This document shows positions 16,595 to 26,336 of a stretch of DNA of 64,000 nt, piece by piece. The stretch comes from an uncultured Candidatus Saccharibacteria bacterium (GTDB taxonomy: Bacteria > Patescibacteriota > Saccharimonadia > Saccharimonadales > 2-12-FULL-41-12), in NCBI GenBank assembly GCA_964573095.1, contig CAZNIK010000002.1, positions 135,230-199,229 of the forward strand, in the 5' to 3' direction. A model generated the notes under the pieces. The model was not told the DNA's origin, made no database searches, and saw only the letters and a list, made by a program, of their open reading frames with translations. The translations under genes and the position numbers were made by a program. Each line of letters begins with the position of its first letter. Position 1 is the stretch's first letter.

Positions 16595-17569
16595 ATGGAA
16601 CCCAATCAACAAAATCAACAATCTACCGCGCCTCAACAAGCAGCCAATGCTTTGCCGCCCCAGCCTGCACCCAACCCTCCCCAAGTTGGCGCACAAGGAG
16701 CAGTCTACATCGATCCAATACAGGCCGCCGAGCCTCAGCCGACGCCGCCGCGACCTGGTTTTATCCCCGACATTCAGCCTGGAGTAGTTATTCCAGGAGA
16801 CCCAAACAAACCCGCCCAGAGCGGTGTAGCGCGACCACCCGTAAACCCCAACAGCACTCAAAACAACCTGCAGATTGCTGAGGTCCGTGATGGAATTGTC
16901 ATTATGAACGACGGTTCTTATCGTTCGGTTCTTATGGTAAAATCTATCAATTTTGACCTCATGAGCCCCGCCGAACGCGAAGGTGTAGAGTTTAGTTATC
17001 AAGCGTTTTTAAACTCCTTGTATTTTCCAGTGCAGATTTTTGTACGATCCCAAAAGGTGGACTTAGGCCCCTACATAGAAAAGTTGGACAAAATTCGCTC
17101 CGAACATGACAACATGCTGCTTGCTGTGTTAATGGACGACTACATTGACTACATTGATCAGTTGTCGGCCCAAACCAATATTATGGACAAGCACTTCTAC
17201 GTCGTTATCCCGTTCTTTCCAGTGATTGAAAAACAGCAAGCGTTAACATCGAGCAAGAATTTACTCGACGGGGTTATGAGGCTATTCGGAGACAACAAAA
17301 CACACGTAGTTATCAATGAGGCGCACCTCGAGGAAGCAAAGGCCGAGTTGCGAAATCGTGTCCAGGCCGTGCTAGGAGGCTTGCTGCAGTGCGGCGTCCA
17401 AGGGCTTCCGCTCGACACCCAAGAGTTGATCGAGCTATACTACGACACCTACAATCCCGACACCGCGACTCGCCAACAGTTGAAAAATTTCGACGAAATG
17501 ACAACCCCGGTCGTGACAAAAGGCACCGGCGAGGCTCCTCAGCCAAACCTAGAAAGGGAACTAGGATGA
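16595..17569 (+). CDS. hypothetical protein resembling a VirB4 N-terminal domain, without an ATPase domain
   Basis: The N-terminus is Pro/Gln-rich. The block DGSYRSVLMVKSINFDLMSPAEREGVEFSYQAFLNSLYFPVQIFV resembles the N-domain pattern of conjugative VirB4-type ATPases. No Walker motifs are present. Confidence 0.4.
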   Translation: MEPNQQNQQSTAPQQAANALPPQPAPNPPQVGAQGAVYIDPIQAAEPQPTPPRPGFIPDIQPGVVIPGDPNKPAQSGVARPPVNPNSTQNNLQIAEVRDGIVIMNDGSYRSVLMVKSINFDLMSPAEREGVEFSYQAFLNSLYFPVQIFVRSQKVDLGPYIEKLDKIRSEHDNMLLAVLMDDYIDYIDQLSAQTNIMDKHFYVVIPFFPVIEKQQALTSSKNLLDGVMRLFGDNKTHVVINEAHLEEAKAELRNRVQAVLGGLLQCGVQGLPLDTQELIELYYDTYNPDTATRQQLKNFDEMTTPVVTKGTGEAPQPNLERELG

Positions 17570-17630
17570 GGCGACACTCTTCGCTATCCTTGGTGGTAAG
17601 GTCTGGTGTCGACCTAAGGAGAGATGTCTG

Positions 17631-19553
17631 ATGGGCCTTTTTGGAGGTAAAAAAGCCCCACCAACTGACCCAGCAGCAATTGCCCAAGCGCAGCGAGCGC
17701 GCGAAGAGCAAGAGGTTTCTGTTGCCTTTCAAAAGGGTTTGGTGGCACTTCGAGACTTCATTGCACCAAGTTCGATCGAGTTTAGTAATACTCATTTTCA
17801 GCTCGGCACTCGCTTTGCCAGAACCTATTATGTCTACGGCTATCCCCGCCAGCTCACTACTGGTTGGTTGAGCAGCATGGTGAACTTGGATGAAGTGATT
17901 GATCTTTCGATGTACATTTACCCCGTTGAGAGCCAAGTGGTGCTGAACAATCTTAGAAAAAAAGTGGCCCAACTCGAAGCCGGGCTGCAAATTGACTCCG
18001 AAAAAGGTAAGGTCAGAGACCCCGCCAAGCAATCGGCAATTATGGACGCCGAGGAAATGCGCGACAAATTACAAGTCGGCGAAGAGCGCTTTTTTAGATT
18101 TGGTTTGTATTTTACGGTGTACGCCAGCTCGATGGATGAAATGGAGTTTATTAGTCACAAAATTGAGTCAATTTTGGGCCAGCAGTTGGTGTACTCTAAG
18201 CCAGCGAGCTCCCAGCAGGAACAGGGACTAAATAGCACGGTACCGCAATTTACTGACCAGCTCCAAATACGGCGGAACATGAATACGGGAGCCATCAGCA
18301 CGAGCTTTCCGTTTACCAGCGCAGACCTAACCCAAGAAAACGGAATTCTTTACGGTATTAACATGCATAACTCGGGTCTGGTTATTTTTGACCGGTTCAC
18401 GCTCGAAAACGGCAACGCTGTGGTGTTTGCAAAATCGGGCGCAGGCAAAAGTTTTACCGTAAAACTCGAGGCCTTACGGAGCATGATGCTCGGAACCGAG
18501 ATATTTATTGTTGATCCCGAAAACGAGTATCAACGCATGTGCGAAGCCGTCGGCGGTGCCTACGTGCGACTAAGCTTGAACTCGACTACAAGAATCAATC
18601 CGTTTGATTTGCCACAGGTGGTTGATACCGAAGAAGCCGACAACGCCCTGCGCAGCAATCTAATTACGCTTCATGGGTTACTGAGATTAATGATGGGGGG
18701 CGCCCAGGCACAAGTGCAATCCAGTGGCGGAGCAATGATGGCCCCAGCCCTCAGTCCTGCTGAAGAAGCCGATTTAGATGCTGCACTAATCGAAACCTAC
18801 GCCAAAGCCGGTATTACAAATGACCCCCTTACCCACAATGCGACGCCCCCGACAATTAACGACCTTTACGAAACCCTGCTTCATATGGGCGGCAGCGGGC
18901 CACAGCTCGCCCAGCGATTAAGAAAGTATACATCTGGAACGTTTGCGGGCATTTTTTCTCAACAAAGCAACATTAATATCAATAACCCGATGGTCGTATT
19001 CAATATTCGTGACCTCGAGGACGAACTTCGACCAGTGGCGATGTATATCGTGTTGAATTACATCTGGAACAAGACCAAAAGCGACCAAAAGCGAAGATTA
19101 CTGGTGGTTGATGAGGCCTGGCAGCTTATGAAGTACGAGGATAGTGCAAATTTCTTGTTTTCGCTTGCCAAACGTGCCCGAAAGTATAACTTAGGAATCA
19201 CCACCATCACCCAGGATGTTGAGGATTTCATGGGGAGCCGCATGGGGCGGGCAATTGTTGCCAACTCTAGTATGCAAATCCTTTTGAAGCAGTCGACTTC
19301 GGCGGTGGATGTACTGTCTGATGTGTTCAAGCTCACCAGCGAAGAGCGAAAACGCCTCAGTCAATTCCCTGTGGGGCAAGGGTTGTTCTTTGCGGGGCAG
19401 AACCACGTGCACATCCAAGTTGTCGCCAGTCCGACAGAAACCAATCTCATCACAACCAACCCCCAGCAAGTACAGCAGGTGCAGCAGACTGGAGAAATTG
19501 ACGGCGGCCAGGGCTCGATTGACCTTGGTAATCGATTGTACCCAGGAGTGTAG
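17631..19553 (+). CDS. virB4: VirB4-type T4SS ATPase
   Basis: 640 aa with SD AAGGAGAG 7 nt upstream. The N-domain is FIAPSSIEFSNTHFQLGTRFARTYYVYGYP, Walker A is FAKSGAGKSF and Walker B is RLLVVDEAW. Confidence 0.85.
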   Translation: MGLFGGKKAPPTDPAAIAQAQRAREEQEVSVAFQKGLVALRDFIAPSSIEFSNTHFQLGTRFARTYYVYGYPRQLTTGWLSSMVNLDEVIDLSMYIYPVESQVVLNNLRKKVAQLEAGLQIDSEKGKVRDPAKQSAIMDAEEMRDKLQVGEERFFRFGLYFTVYASSMDEMEFISHKIESILGQQLVYSKPASSQQEQGLNSTVPQFTDQLQIRRNMNTGAISTSFPFTSADLTQENGILYGINMHNSGLVIFDRFTLENGNAVVFAKSGAGKSFTVKLEALRSMMLGTEIFIVDPENEYQRMCEAVGGAYVRLSLNSTTRINPFDLPQVVDTEEADNALRSNLITLHGLLRLMMGGAQAQVQSSGGAMMAPALSPAEEADLDAALIETYAKAGITNDPLTHNATPPTINDLYETLLHMGGSGPQLAQRLRKYTSGTFAGIFSQQSNININNPMVVFNIRDLEDELRPVAMYIVLNYIWNKTKSDQKRRLLVVDEAWQLMKYEDSANFLFSLAKRARKYNLGITTITQDVEDFMGSRMGRAIVANSSMQILLKQSTSAVDVLSDVFKLTSEERKRLSQFPVGQGLFFAGQNHVHIQVVASPTETNLITTNPQQVQQVQQTGEIDGGQGSIDLGNRLYPGV

Positions 19554-19587
19554 CTATTATTCGACAAAAACTAAATCCTAAGCAAAC

Positions 19588-22500
19588 ATGACCACACAAA
19601 CACCCCCAAAAAAACCAGAAGATAGTGAACACCTCGAATCGCAACCTACTCCTAGGTTTCCGATAAACAAAAACCCACGGGGTGGCGTGATGGATGACCA
19701 GAATCGTCCCTCTGGTGACGCCTCCGACCCGAGAGGACCTGGCCCAGACAAGGTCGTCACACCCCAAGATCTCAAGTCGGCTGAGTCTTCGGCTTCACGG
19801 CCCTCAACTGGCACTATCGGCGCCGAAGAAAAAGGTTTAATGGGAAAGGCTGGTGACACCGTCGGAAAAGGCTACACCGGCAATGAGAGTCCCGGTCGCC
19901 TTCAACGACTTCGAGGGATGTTTACTCGTCGTCGCGCGGCTGCAGGAGGTGGGGCCGTTGGAGTGGTTGTTGGCGGTTTAATAATATTTGGCGTCGCCCA
20001 AGGTCCTTTTCAATTTGTGAACGCCGCCCAAATTTTACAAAAGTTACATTTTGAGCGGAACGAGAATTTTGGAAATCGACGAACGATGAAAATGCTCCAA
20101 CGCGCCCTACGAGATTCTGGAACGGAGCGTGGAAGACTTGGATTTATTAGGAATGATGTGGCCGACAAATGGGAAAAAGAACTTGTCGACAAAACCGGCC
20201 TCAAGCCTGCTTACAGCCAAAAAACTGGTCGATTTGTTGGTTTTGAGATCGTCGATGAAAACAAAGCAGCAAATACCCTCAGCGACCTTAATGATAATAA
20301 AAAGAGCCAGCGACTCGTCGAGAAGTCTTTTGGTAAAGGCGCCGAGATTAAAACCCAGGCGGAAATGGGGGGAAGACAGGAGATTCGAGGGACAAGAGGC
20401 GAGCCCATCGATGAAAAACGCAGAATTGTTGATCTTAGCAATGTGAGTTACGGCGACAGAGGGTCTTACATCAAGACAATCGGTCGAGCGACTGGCACAT
20501 ATAAGGTTACCAGCGCGATTGGCTCCAGATTATTGATTAAGCGTGGCGGAGTTGACTTTCAGCCCTATAAGAATGTAAAAAGAAAAACCAACGATAAGCT
20601 TGCTGATTGGCGGGCAAAGATTCGCCAAGATGCAGCCGAGAGAGACAAGAAAGGCGTAAAAACCCCCGAGGAGATCCGGGCAGCCAGCGAAGACAAAGAC
20701 GGTGACGGAACCCCCGAAACAGACCCCGGCGCAGAAAAAGCCAGCGCTGAGGGTAAAGAGCTTATCGCTGAAGCAGATAACCAGCTACAAGAAGGTGGAG
20801 GCAATGGCGAAAGCAGAAGCAAGCTAAAAACTAATTTGGCTCGTGGTGCGGGAGGAGCCGCAATGATTGGAGTGTTGTGTACCGTTCGGTCGTTTGGAGA
20901 CGACGTCGAAAACTATAAGTACGTCAACAACGCTCTTCCCATGATGCGTATGGGAATGCGGGTTATCAGTATGGGTAATGGGGTTATGAGCGGAAAGGGG
21001 TTTAGTCTTGACGAGCTAGGAGCCTTTCAAGAAGCTTTCTATGACAAAGAGGCCAAGACATCCTTCTTATCCGCCAGGAATATTCAGGCAGGAATTGGCA
21101 AAAAACAAACCGGCCCCGATATCCCGAGGGAAGCAAAACTAGCCAACGTTGGCGATAAGCCTGCGTTTTTCAATGTAGTAGACAGCATACCTTTTCTCGG
21201 AGAGACGTGCGGAATAAGTGATGGATTTTTTGGGCTTCCAGTCATAAAGCAAGTCACGAGTGTTGTTGGAGACATCGCTGGTGCCGCAACCGACTTGGCG
21301 CTCGGCCTAGCCGACACGAACACCGAGGAGTTGATGGGTGATGCGCTGGCTGCCGCTTCTGGAAACAGTGTAAATGTTTTCGCAAAAGGTGCCGAATTTG
21401 GCAATTTAGCCAACACGGGGGCATTCTTGGCGGCAAATGAACAAGCAATCAGTATGGGCGGTTCTGCGCTGTCTGAAAGACAGGTTGCTCAACTGAGAGA
21501 AGAGTCTCGCCTATTAGACAAAGACGACTACTCAAATCAAAGCTTTTTTGCAAGATACGTTGATGTTTCCAACTCTTCTTCTTTAGTTAGCAAATTTTTA
21601 AATAACTCGCCAAAGAGCGGTAGCGAGTTTGTAGGATCTGTATCGAGTTCGTTTAGTAACGCGTGGCGTAGCTTTGCAGGGGCTCTTCCTGTGCTGGGTT
21701 CTTGGGTTCACGCTGCCGACTCAGCTTATGATTACGGCATGAGGACCTATGGGTTTTCATTGGACGAAGAGAAGCAGTTTGATGACCCTTACGAAAACGC
21801 TGACTATGTGGTGCCGCGACTCGACGAGCTAAACGAGAAATACGGAAAGTGTTTTGGCATGAAGGTAACCGCAGACGACAATGGCCCCCATATCCAGACC
21901 GATGAACTTGGCAGCGAGGATGCCTTTAACGCATTCAAGCTCGATGCCAAGAAGAGTGGTTACGAACAGTGTAATAATCCAAACGACGAGGATTTGCTTC
22001 GATACCGATTTTACCTTGCTGATGCTCAAACCGGCCTAAGCCTGGCCTGTTACTATGACGATGAAGATGCGTGTAGTGAGATTGGGGCGGCATCCCCACG
22101 TAGACAAGGGGAAGCAGACAGCTCTAGTAGTGTTAGTGTTGATGGTACTGTGCAAGAGCTCGCAAAAAGACTAGTGGACTCTGGTAAGTTAAGTGATCAA
22201 GACGGGCGATACATGTCTCAAATAAAAGCGCTTGCCAATGGCAATGGCAGCTGTAAAATAAATCCAACCATTTTAAAAATGTTGGTTGGAATAATTGAAG
22301 AGGGCCACACTATTACGATGAGTTCATTAAACAGACGATGCACGGGGGTTCTCACCGCATCCGGGTCAGCAAGCTATCATTATCGAGATGGTGGAGGCCA
22401 CGCTGTTGACGTTGTTTCGTTTGACGGACAAGGAACTAATGGTGGAAATGCTGCTAGCGTTAACTATTTAAAGCTCGCGTTAAAATATATTCCCTCGGGT

Positions 22501-22626
22501 TCTGGTGTTGGACAATTTCAAGCTGGAGGTTGCGGTGCAAGTTTTGATTTTCCAGAAGGTATTTCCAATTTCGCCGACTCATGTAACCACGTCCACATTC
22601 AGGTGCCTATAGAGGGGGCCAGGTAG
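19588..22626 (+). CDS. 1012-aa membrane-anchored envelope protein with a C-terminal LAS (M15/VanY-like) zinc-peptidase-like domain
   Basis: Disordered N-terminus, one TM helix (GGGAVGVVVGGLIIFGVA) and an ~850-aa ectodomain. The C-terminal SYHYRDGGGHAVDV ... CNHVHIQV fits the H..D / HxH metal-ligand pattern. Confidence 0.5.
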   Translation: MTTQTPPKKPEDSEHLESQPTPRFPINKNPRGGVMDDQNRPSGDASDPRGPGPDKVVTPQDLKSAESSASRPSTGTIGAEEKGLMGKAGDTVGKGYTGNESPGRLQRLRGMFTRRRAAAGGGAVGVVVGGLIIFGVAQGPFQFVNAAQILQKLHFERNENFGNRRTMKMLQRALRDSGTERGRLGFIRNDVADKWEKELVDKTGLKPAYSQKTGRFVGFEIVDENKAANTLSDLNDNKKSQRLVEKSFGKGAEIKTQAEMGGRQEIRGTRGEPIDEKRRIVDLSNVSYGDRGSYIKTIGRATGTYKVTSAIGSRLLIKRGGVDFQPYKNVKRKTNDKLADWRAKIRQDAAERDKKGVKTPEEIRAASEDKDGDGTPETDPGAEKASAEGKELIAEADNQLQEGGGNGESRSKLKTNLARGAGGAAMIGVLCTVRSFGDDVENYKYVNNALPMMRMGMRVISMGNGVMSGKGFSLDELGAFQEAFYDKEAKTSFLSARNIQAGIGKKQTGPDIPREAKLANVGDKPAFFNVVDSIPFLGETCGISDGFFGLPVIKQVTSVVGDIAGAATDLALGLADTNTEELMGDALAAASGNSVNVFAKGAEFGNLANTGAFLAANEQAISMGGSALSERQVAQLREESRLLDKDDYSNQSFFARYVDVSNSSSLVSKFLNNSPKSGSEFVGSVSSSFSNAWRSFAGALPVLGSWVHAADSAYDYGMRTYGFSLDEEKQFDDPYENADYVVPRLDELNEKYGKCFGMKVTADDNGPHIQTDELGSEDAFNAFKLDAKKSGYEQCNNPNDEDLLRYRFYLADAQTGLSLACYYDDEDACSEIGAASPRRQGEADSSSSVSVDGTVQELAKRLVDSGKLSDQDGRYMSQIKALANGNGSCKINPTILKMLVGIIEEGHTITMSSLNRRCTGVLTASGSASYHYRDGGGHAVDVVSFDGQGTNGGNAASVNYLKLALKYIPSGSGVGQFQAGGCGASFDFPEGISNFADSCNHVHIQVPIEGAR

Positions 22627-22629
22627 TTT

Positions 22630-25600
22630 ATGCCCTATAGAAGTCTAAAAACTGCCCTGCAATTGCTCAAAGTCCGACATGTAGACGATATTGGGAGTCA
22701 AGCTTTGATGCAAATCTTTTATCAAAAATTCGTGTCGGGATTTCAAAAAATCTGCTCTTTGTCCACGATCTTTCGAGCAGCCATTTTGTTTATTGGTTTG
22801 ATTTTTTTGTTTTCTAACTTATTTGCTTCTACCGCCTTAGCGCTCTCAAAGGAACAAAAACGACTTTATGACAAAGGGGTTTACTATTACGACCTGGGGT
22901 GTGACTCTTTGGGCCAACAGAGCTCTACCTCGCAAGCCAGTGGCGACCTACAAGAACTCGCCAAACAGATGCTTGAAAATGACAAAATTGCTTATGGGGC
23001 TTTTCCGCCAGACAGACCAGCAGCAGACTGGCAAAGTAGGGTGCCAGACGGTGGCAATAAAAACTCTATAGACACTAAGGATGTCGTGAGAGCCCTTGCT
23101 GATGGTCAAAAAGCCTATACTACAGCAGGCAATGCGAGCAATAAAGAGGCTGATCTTAATCCAAATATTCTTAAATTTATTCTAGAAGTGGCAAAAACGG
23201 ATAAAATAACGATTAATGCTTTAACTGACAAAACGCACGGGAATGGCTCAGAACACTATAAAGGGCTAGCGATTGATCTAGAAGATGGTTCAGCGTCTGC
23301 GCCTTTGTCAATCTTAAATCCTGCGGCTAAGAAGTTTGGTGGTACAAAAAATGGCGAGACAGGCCATCACCACTACGACTTTCCAAATAGACCACCTGCT
23401 TCACAAAACATCCCCACCCCTAGTACAGAAAACACCACAACTGGCTACGAATATATTGCAAGAGGGGACATACCAAAAAGTGGACTAAAGGTAGTCTCCA
23501 CCTATTTTGGGGGCAGCTGGCATGACAACAGCTGGTATATAGAAAACCAATACCAGGTCGGTCTAATTAACAGTGGCAAGAAAAAAGCTTCGGATTACGA
23601 CGCCAGGGTCGGAAACCCTGGTGACGACAATGGCTTAGACAGTTATGGTGGCAATAGCGACAATAAGACTGTCTACGCCGAAATTATGGGTGGAACTTCT
23701 CTCGGCGGATTGCCAAAAGGCACAAAGCTTGAAATTTCGTACAAAGGCAAAAAGATAATCGCGGAAAAAAACCAAGTTGGAGGCGGGGCTCCTGGGGCAC
23801 GCCTTGATTTGTGGTGGGAAGCCGCGCGGTTGCTTGATTTTAAAAGCGGCAAAGACACTGTTGAGATTCATGTTGTTCCCGATAACACCCCGGTAACTCC
23901 AGTTGATGGATCCGGAACAGAGAATCAAGTTAACAATGCGGCGGCCACAGATTGTGCCTGTCCCGAAAATAACGATAATAGCGAGGCTTCTGGCGCTTTG
24001 GGCGGACTAGTTGGTGAAGATAACGCCGAGAAGGCCTTTAACTTTTTCCTTGGAAAAGGTCTCAGCGCAGTCCAGGCAGCCGCACTAGTGGGAAACCTGG
24101 ACGCTGAGTCCGGGATTAACTCAAAACGTGTTCAAAGCGGAAGCGACAGCGAGGAAATGCCAGCTGGAAGAGGTTATGGTATTGCTCAGTGGACTGTATC
24201 TTCCCGCCAAAACGCATTAAAGAAACACGCTTCCAAGCTTAGTAAGCCGTACTACGATCTTGAGGTGCAGCTGGACTTCCTTTGGTTTGAACTTACCACA
24301 GGCTATAAAAACGTCTTGATAAAACTCAAGAAGAAAACCGACCTTCGAGAGGCGACTGTTTTTATAAGATCAGACTTTGAGGCGCCGAGCATACACAGAG
24401 ACGAAGAAAGATATGCCTCCGCAAAAAAATACTTTGATAAGTACGGTGATAACGTCGGGTCGTCTTCCACCTCAGAGAGTGCGGCCGGCGCAAGCTGTGC
24501 GTGCAAAGACGCTTCTACATCCGGGAGTGGGGTTGTTGTTCTCGACCCCGGCCATGGGCCAACCAGTGTTACAAAAAATGATCCCGAAAGTGGTCTGCGG
24601 TGGGTAGGTGACGGAGGAGGATATGGGGGTGAAGCAAAAGATATGTGGGAGGCTGCCCAAAAAGCGAAGAAAGGACTTGAAGAAAGCGGCTATAAAGTTA
24701 TTCTTACCAAGGACCGCTATGACAAAGTTGCAACGCTCATCGACAGATATAAGTTAGCCGATCGGGTAAATGCTGATATTGCAATCAGTCTTCATGGCGA
24801 CACAGGACTTCCGCACACAGGCGAAATCTATGTTCAAAAAAACGGACTCTATCGCGGCTCTGGCAATAATAAGGTTGTATTTAACAACACAAAGCTGGCA
24901 GAACAAAGCCAGAAGTACGCAGAAGCAATTAAGTCTGGTCGTGAAAAGGTTGAGGGCAGCGACATTGTAATAAAAGATAATAGCTTTGATGGCAGAGGGG
25001 GCGTAGAGCCTGGTAACATTCCAATAATGATGCTCTTGTCAAAAAAGACTCCTTGGGTGTATAACGAAAAAAAGATGCCTGGAAACCTCGACAAATATGC
25101 GGAAGGGATTATTGAGGGAACAAAAAAGGCTCTGGGGTCTTCTGGGGCACAGTCAAGTCAATCGCAAAACAATTGCCCTAGCGGCGAAAATGGCGATGCT
25201 GCTCAAAAGGCTATGGAGTACGCGTGGCCAGAATACCACCCACCAAACTATTTCAAAATGAAACCAGAGTACGAAAAGGCTGTTAGAAGAGCACAGGCAG
25301 ACGGAAGATATGTTGGTGGCGGTGAGCATCCCGGTATTGATTGCGGCGGTTTTGTGACCACTGTTATGCACGATAGTGGTGCTGACAAAGACTACAACAA
25401 TCTCAAGCAACAAGAGGGACACGTCGGAATACAGAGAGAGTATCTGGATGCCCACCCAGAAAAATATGAAAAGGTTGGTCGGGTCAGCAATACTAGTGAA
25501 CTCAAACCAGGGGATATTGCTATTAAATACAATAATCAACACACCTACATGTACGTGGGGCCGATTTCGGAGCACCCAGATTTTAAAGGCATCGCCGCCT

Positions 25601-25698
25601 CTGCCTCGTACAGCTCCACTGGAAGTTCGTGGCGAACTCCCATGGCGGATGACGCCAGTGACTTTAAGGACTATGATTGGTATAGGCTTAAAAGATGA
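22630..25698 (+). CDS. 1022-aa multi-module peptidoglycan hydrolase (M15-like, RlpA-like DPBB, phage-tail-lysozyme-like, Amidase_3-like, NlpC/P60-like)
   Basis: Signal-anchor FRAAILFIGLIFLFSNLFASTALA. The five modules are SEHYKGLAIDL...GETGHHH (M15); STYFGG...LPKGTKLEISYKGKKIIAEKNQVGGG..ARLDLWWEAA (DPBB); AFNFFLGKGLSAVQAAALVGNLDAESG...GYGIAQWT (tail lysozyme-like); VVVLDPGHGP...ADIAISLHGD (amidase); and GIDCGGFV...HTYMYVG (NlpC/P60 Cys/His). Confidence 0.7.
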   Translation: MPYRSLKTALQLLKVRHVDDIGSQALMQIFYQKFVSGFQKICSLSTIFRAAILFIGLIFLFSNLFASTALALSKEQKRLYDKGVYYYDLGCDSLGQQSSTSQASGDLQELAKQMLENDKIAYGAFPPDRPAADWQSRVPDGGNKNSIDTKDVVRALADGQKAYTTAGNASNKEADLNPNILKFILEVAKTDKITINALTDKTHGNGSEHYKGLAIDLEDGSASAPLSILNPAAKKFGGTKNGETGHHHYDFPNRPPASQNIPTPSTENTTTGYEYIARGDIPKSGLKVVSTYFGGSWHDNSWYIENQYQVGLINSGKKKASDYDARVGNPGDDNGLDSYGGNSDNKTVYAEIMGGTSLGGLPKGTKLEISYKGKKIIAEKNQVGGGAPGARLDLWWEAARLLDFKSGKDTVEIHVVPDNTPVTPVDGSGTENQVNNAAATDCACPENNDNSEASGALGGLVGEDNAEKAFNFFLGKGLSAVQAAALVGNLDAESGINSKRVQSGSDSEEMPAGRGYGIAQWTVSSRQNALKKHASKLSKPYYDLEVQLDFLWFELTTGYKNVLIKLKKKTDLREATVFIRSDFEAPSIHRDEERYASAKKYFDKYGDNVGSSSTSESAAGASCACKDASTSGSGVVVLDPGHGPTSVTKNDPESGLRWVGDGGGYGGEAKDMWEAAQKAKKGLEESGYKVILTKDRYDKVATLIDRYKLADRVNADIAISLHGDTGLPHTGEIYVQKNGLYRGSGNNKVVFNNTKLAEQSQKYAEAIKSGREKVEGSDIVIKDNSFDGRGGVEPGNIPIMMLLSKKTPWVYNEKKMPGNLDKYAEGIIEGTKKALGSSGAQSSQSQNNCPSGENGDAAQKAMEYAWPEYHPPNYFKMKPEYEKAVRRAQADGRYVGGGEHPGIDCGGFVTTVMHDSGADKDYNNLKQQEGHVGIQREYLDAHPEKYEKVGRVSNTSELKPGDIAIKYNNQHTYMYVGPISEHPDFKGIAASASYSSTGSSWRTPMADDASDFKDYDWYRLKR

Positions 25699-26336
25699 GA
25701 GACAAGAAGCACTTAATAGTAGTCCTGTTGGTTTTGGGGGTCTTGCTTGTGATCGTGCTTTCCGTCCTTGCACAACGTGGACGCGCTGGAAAAGAGCGGG
25801 TTGAGCTCTTTGTTGCACCCAACACCGCAACCATCCTAATCGACGGAAAAACCGCAAGGAGCAGCGTAGTGTTCTTGTCGCCTGGAAAACACAAAATTGA
25901 ATATTCGTTAGAGAATTTCAATAGTGGCAGCAAAGACATTACGGTCATAAAAGATGGGGCGCAAAAAGTTTTTATTAGTCTTGATCCTGCAAATAGCGAA
26001 GGACAAAAGTACATTGAAGAGAATAATTTACAAAAACAATTGGAAACCGTAGCTTCTGCAAAGTTTGGCTACAAAGGACAAAGACTGTCTGAAAAATATG
26101 CATTTCTGCAAGACTTACCAATCAATGGATCTTCTTTTCAAATCAGTTACGGCGATCCGGAGAAAGCTCCTTCAACCGATCAAGACCCCTCGATAGCACT
26201 TTATGTTGAGGCCTATACGCCCGAGGCCAGGAGGGCGGCGCTGGAAAGATTATTAGCTGTAGGAATCGATCCAACTTCAGTAGAGATAGTTTTTGAGAAC
26301 GCGGCAAACCCCTTCCAAGGAGATGCTGGTGAATAA
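25695..26336 (+). CDS. bitopic membrane protein, hypothetical (possible PEGA-like beta-sandwich)
   Basis: ATGA overlap with the upstream stop. The N-terminal TM helix is LIVVLLVLGVLLVIVLSVLA. The segment ATILIDGKTARSSVVFLSPGKHKIEYS is PEGA-like, which is weak evidence. Confidence 0.45.
   Translation: MRDKKHLIVVLLVLGVLLVIVLSVLAQRGRAGKERVELFVAPNTATILIDGKTARSSVVFLSPGKHKIEYSLENFNSGSKDITVIKDGAQKVFISLDPANSEGQKYIEENNLQKQLETVASAKFGYKGQRLSEKYAFLQDLPINGSSFQISYGDPEKAPSTDQDPSIALYVEAYTPEARRAALERLLAVGIDPTSVEIVFENAANPFQGDAGE

Noticed and set aside
17313-18032. Long antisense ORFs opposite strong genes (also 25153..25857, 35815..36357, 45410..45913 and 11037..11444)
   Set aside because: These are shadow ORFs on the opposite strand of genes with clear motif support. 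Their products are low-complexity Ser/Pro/Arg-rich, and none has an SD or recognisable motif.
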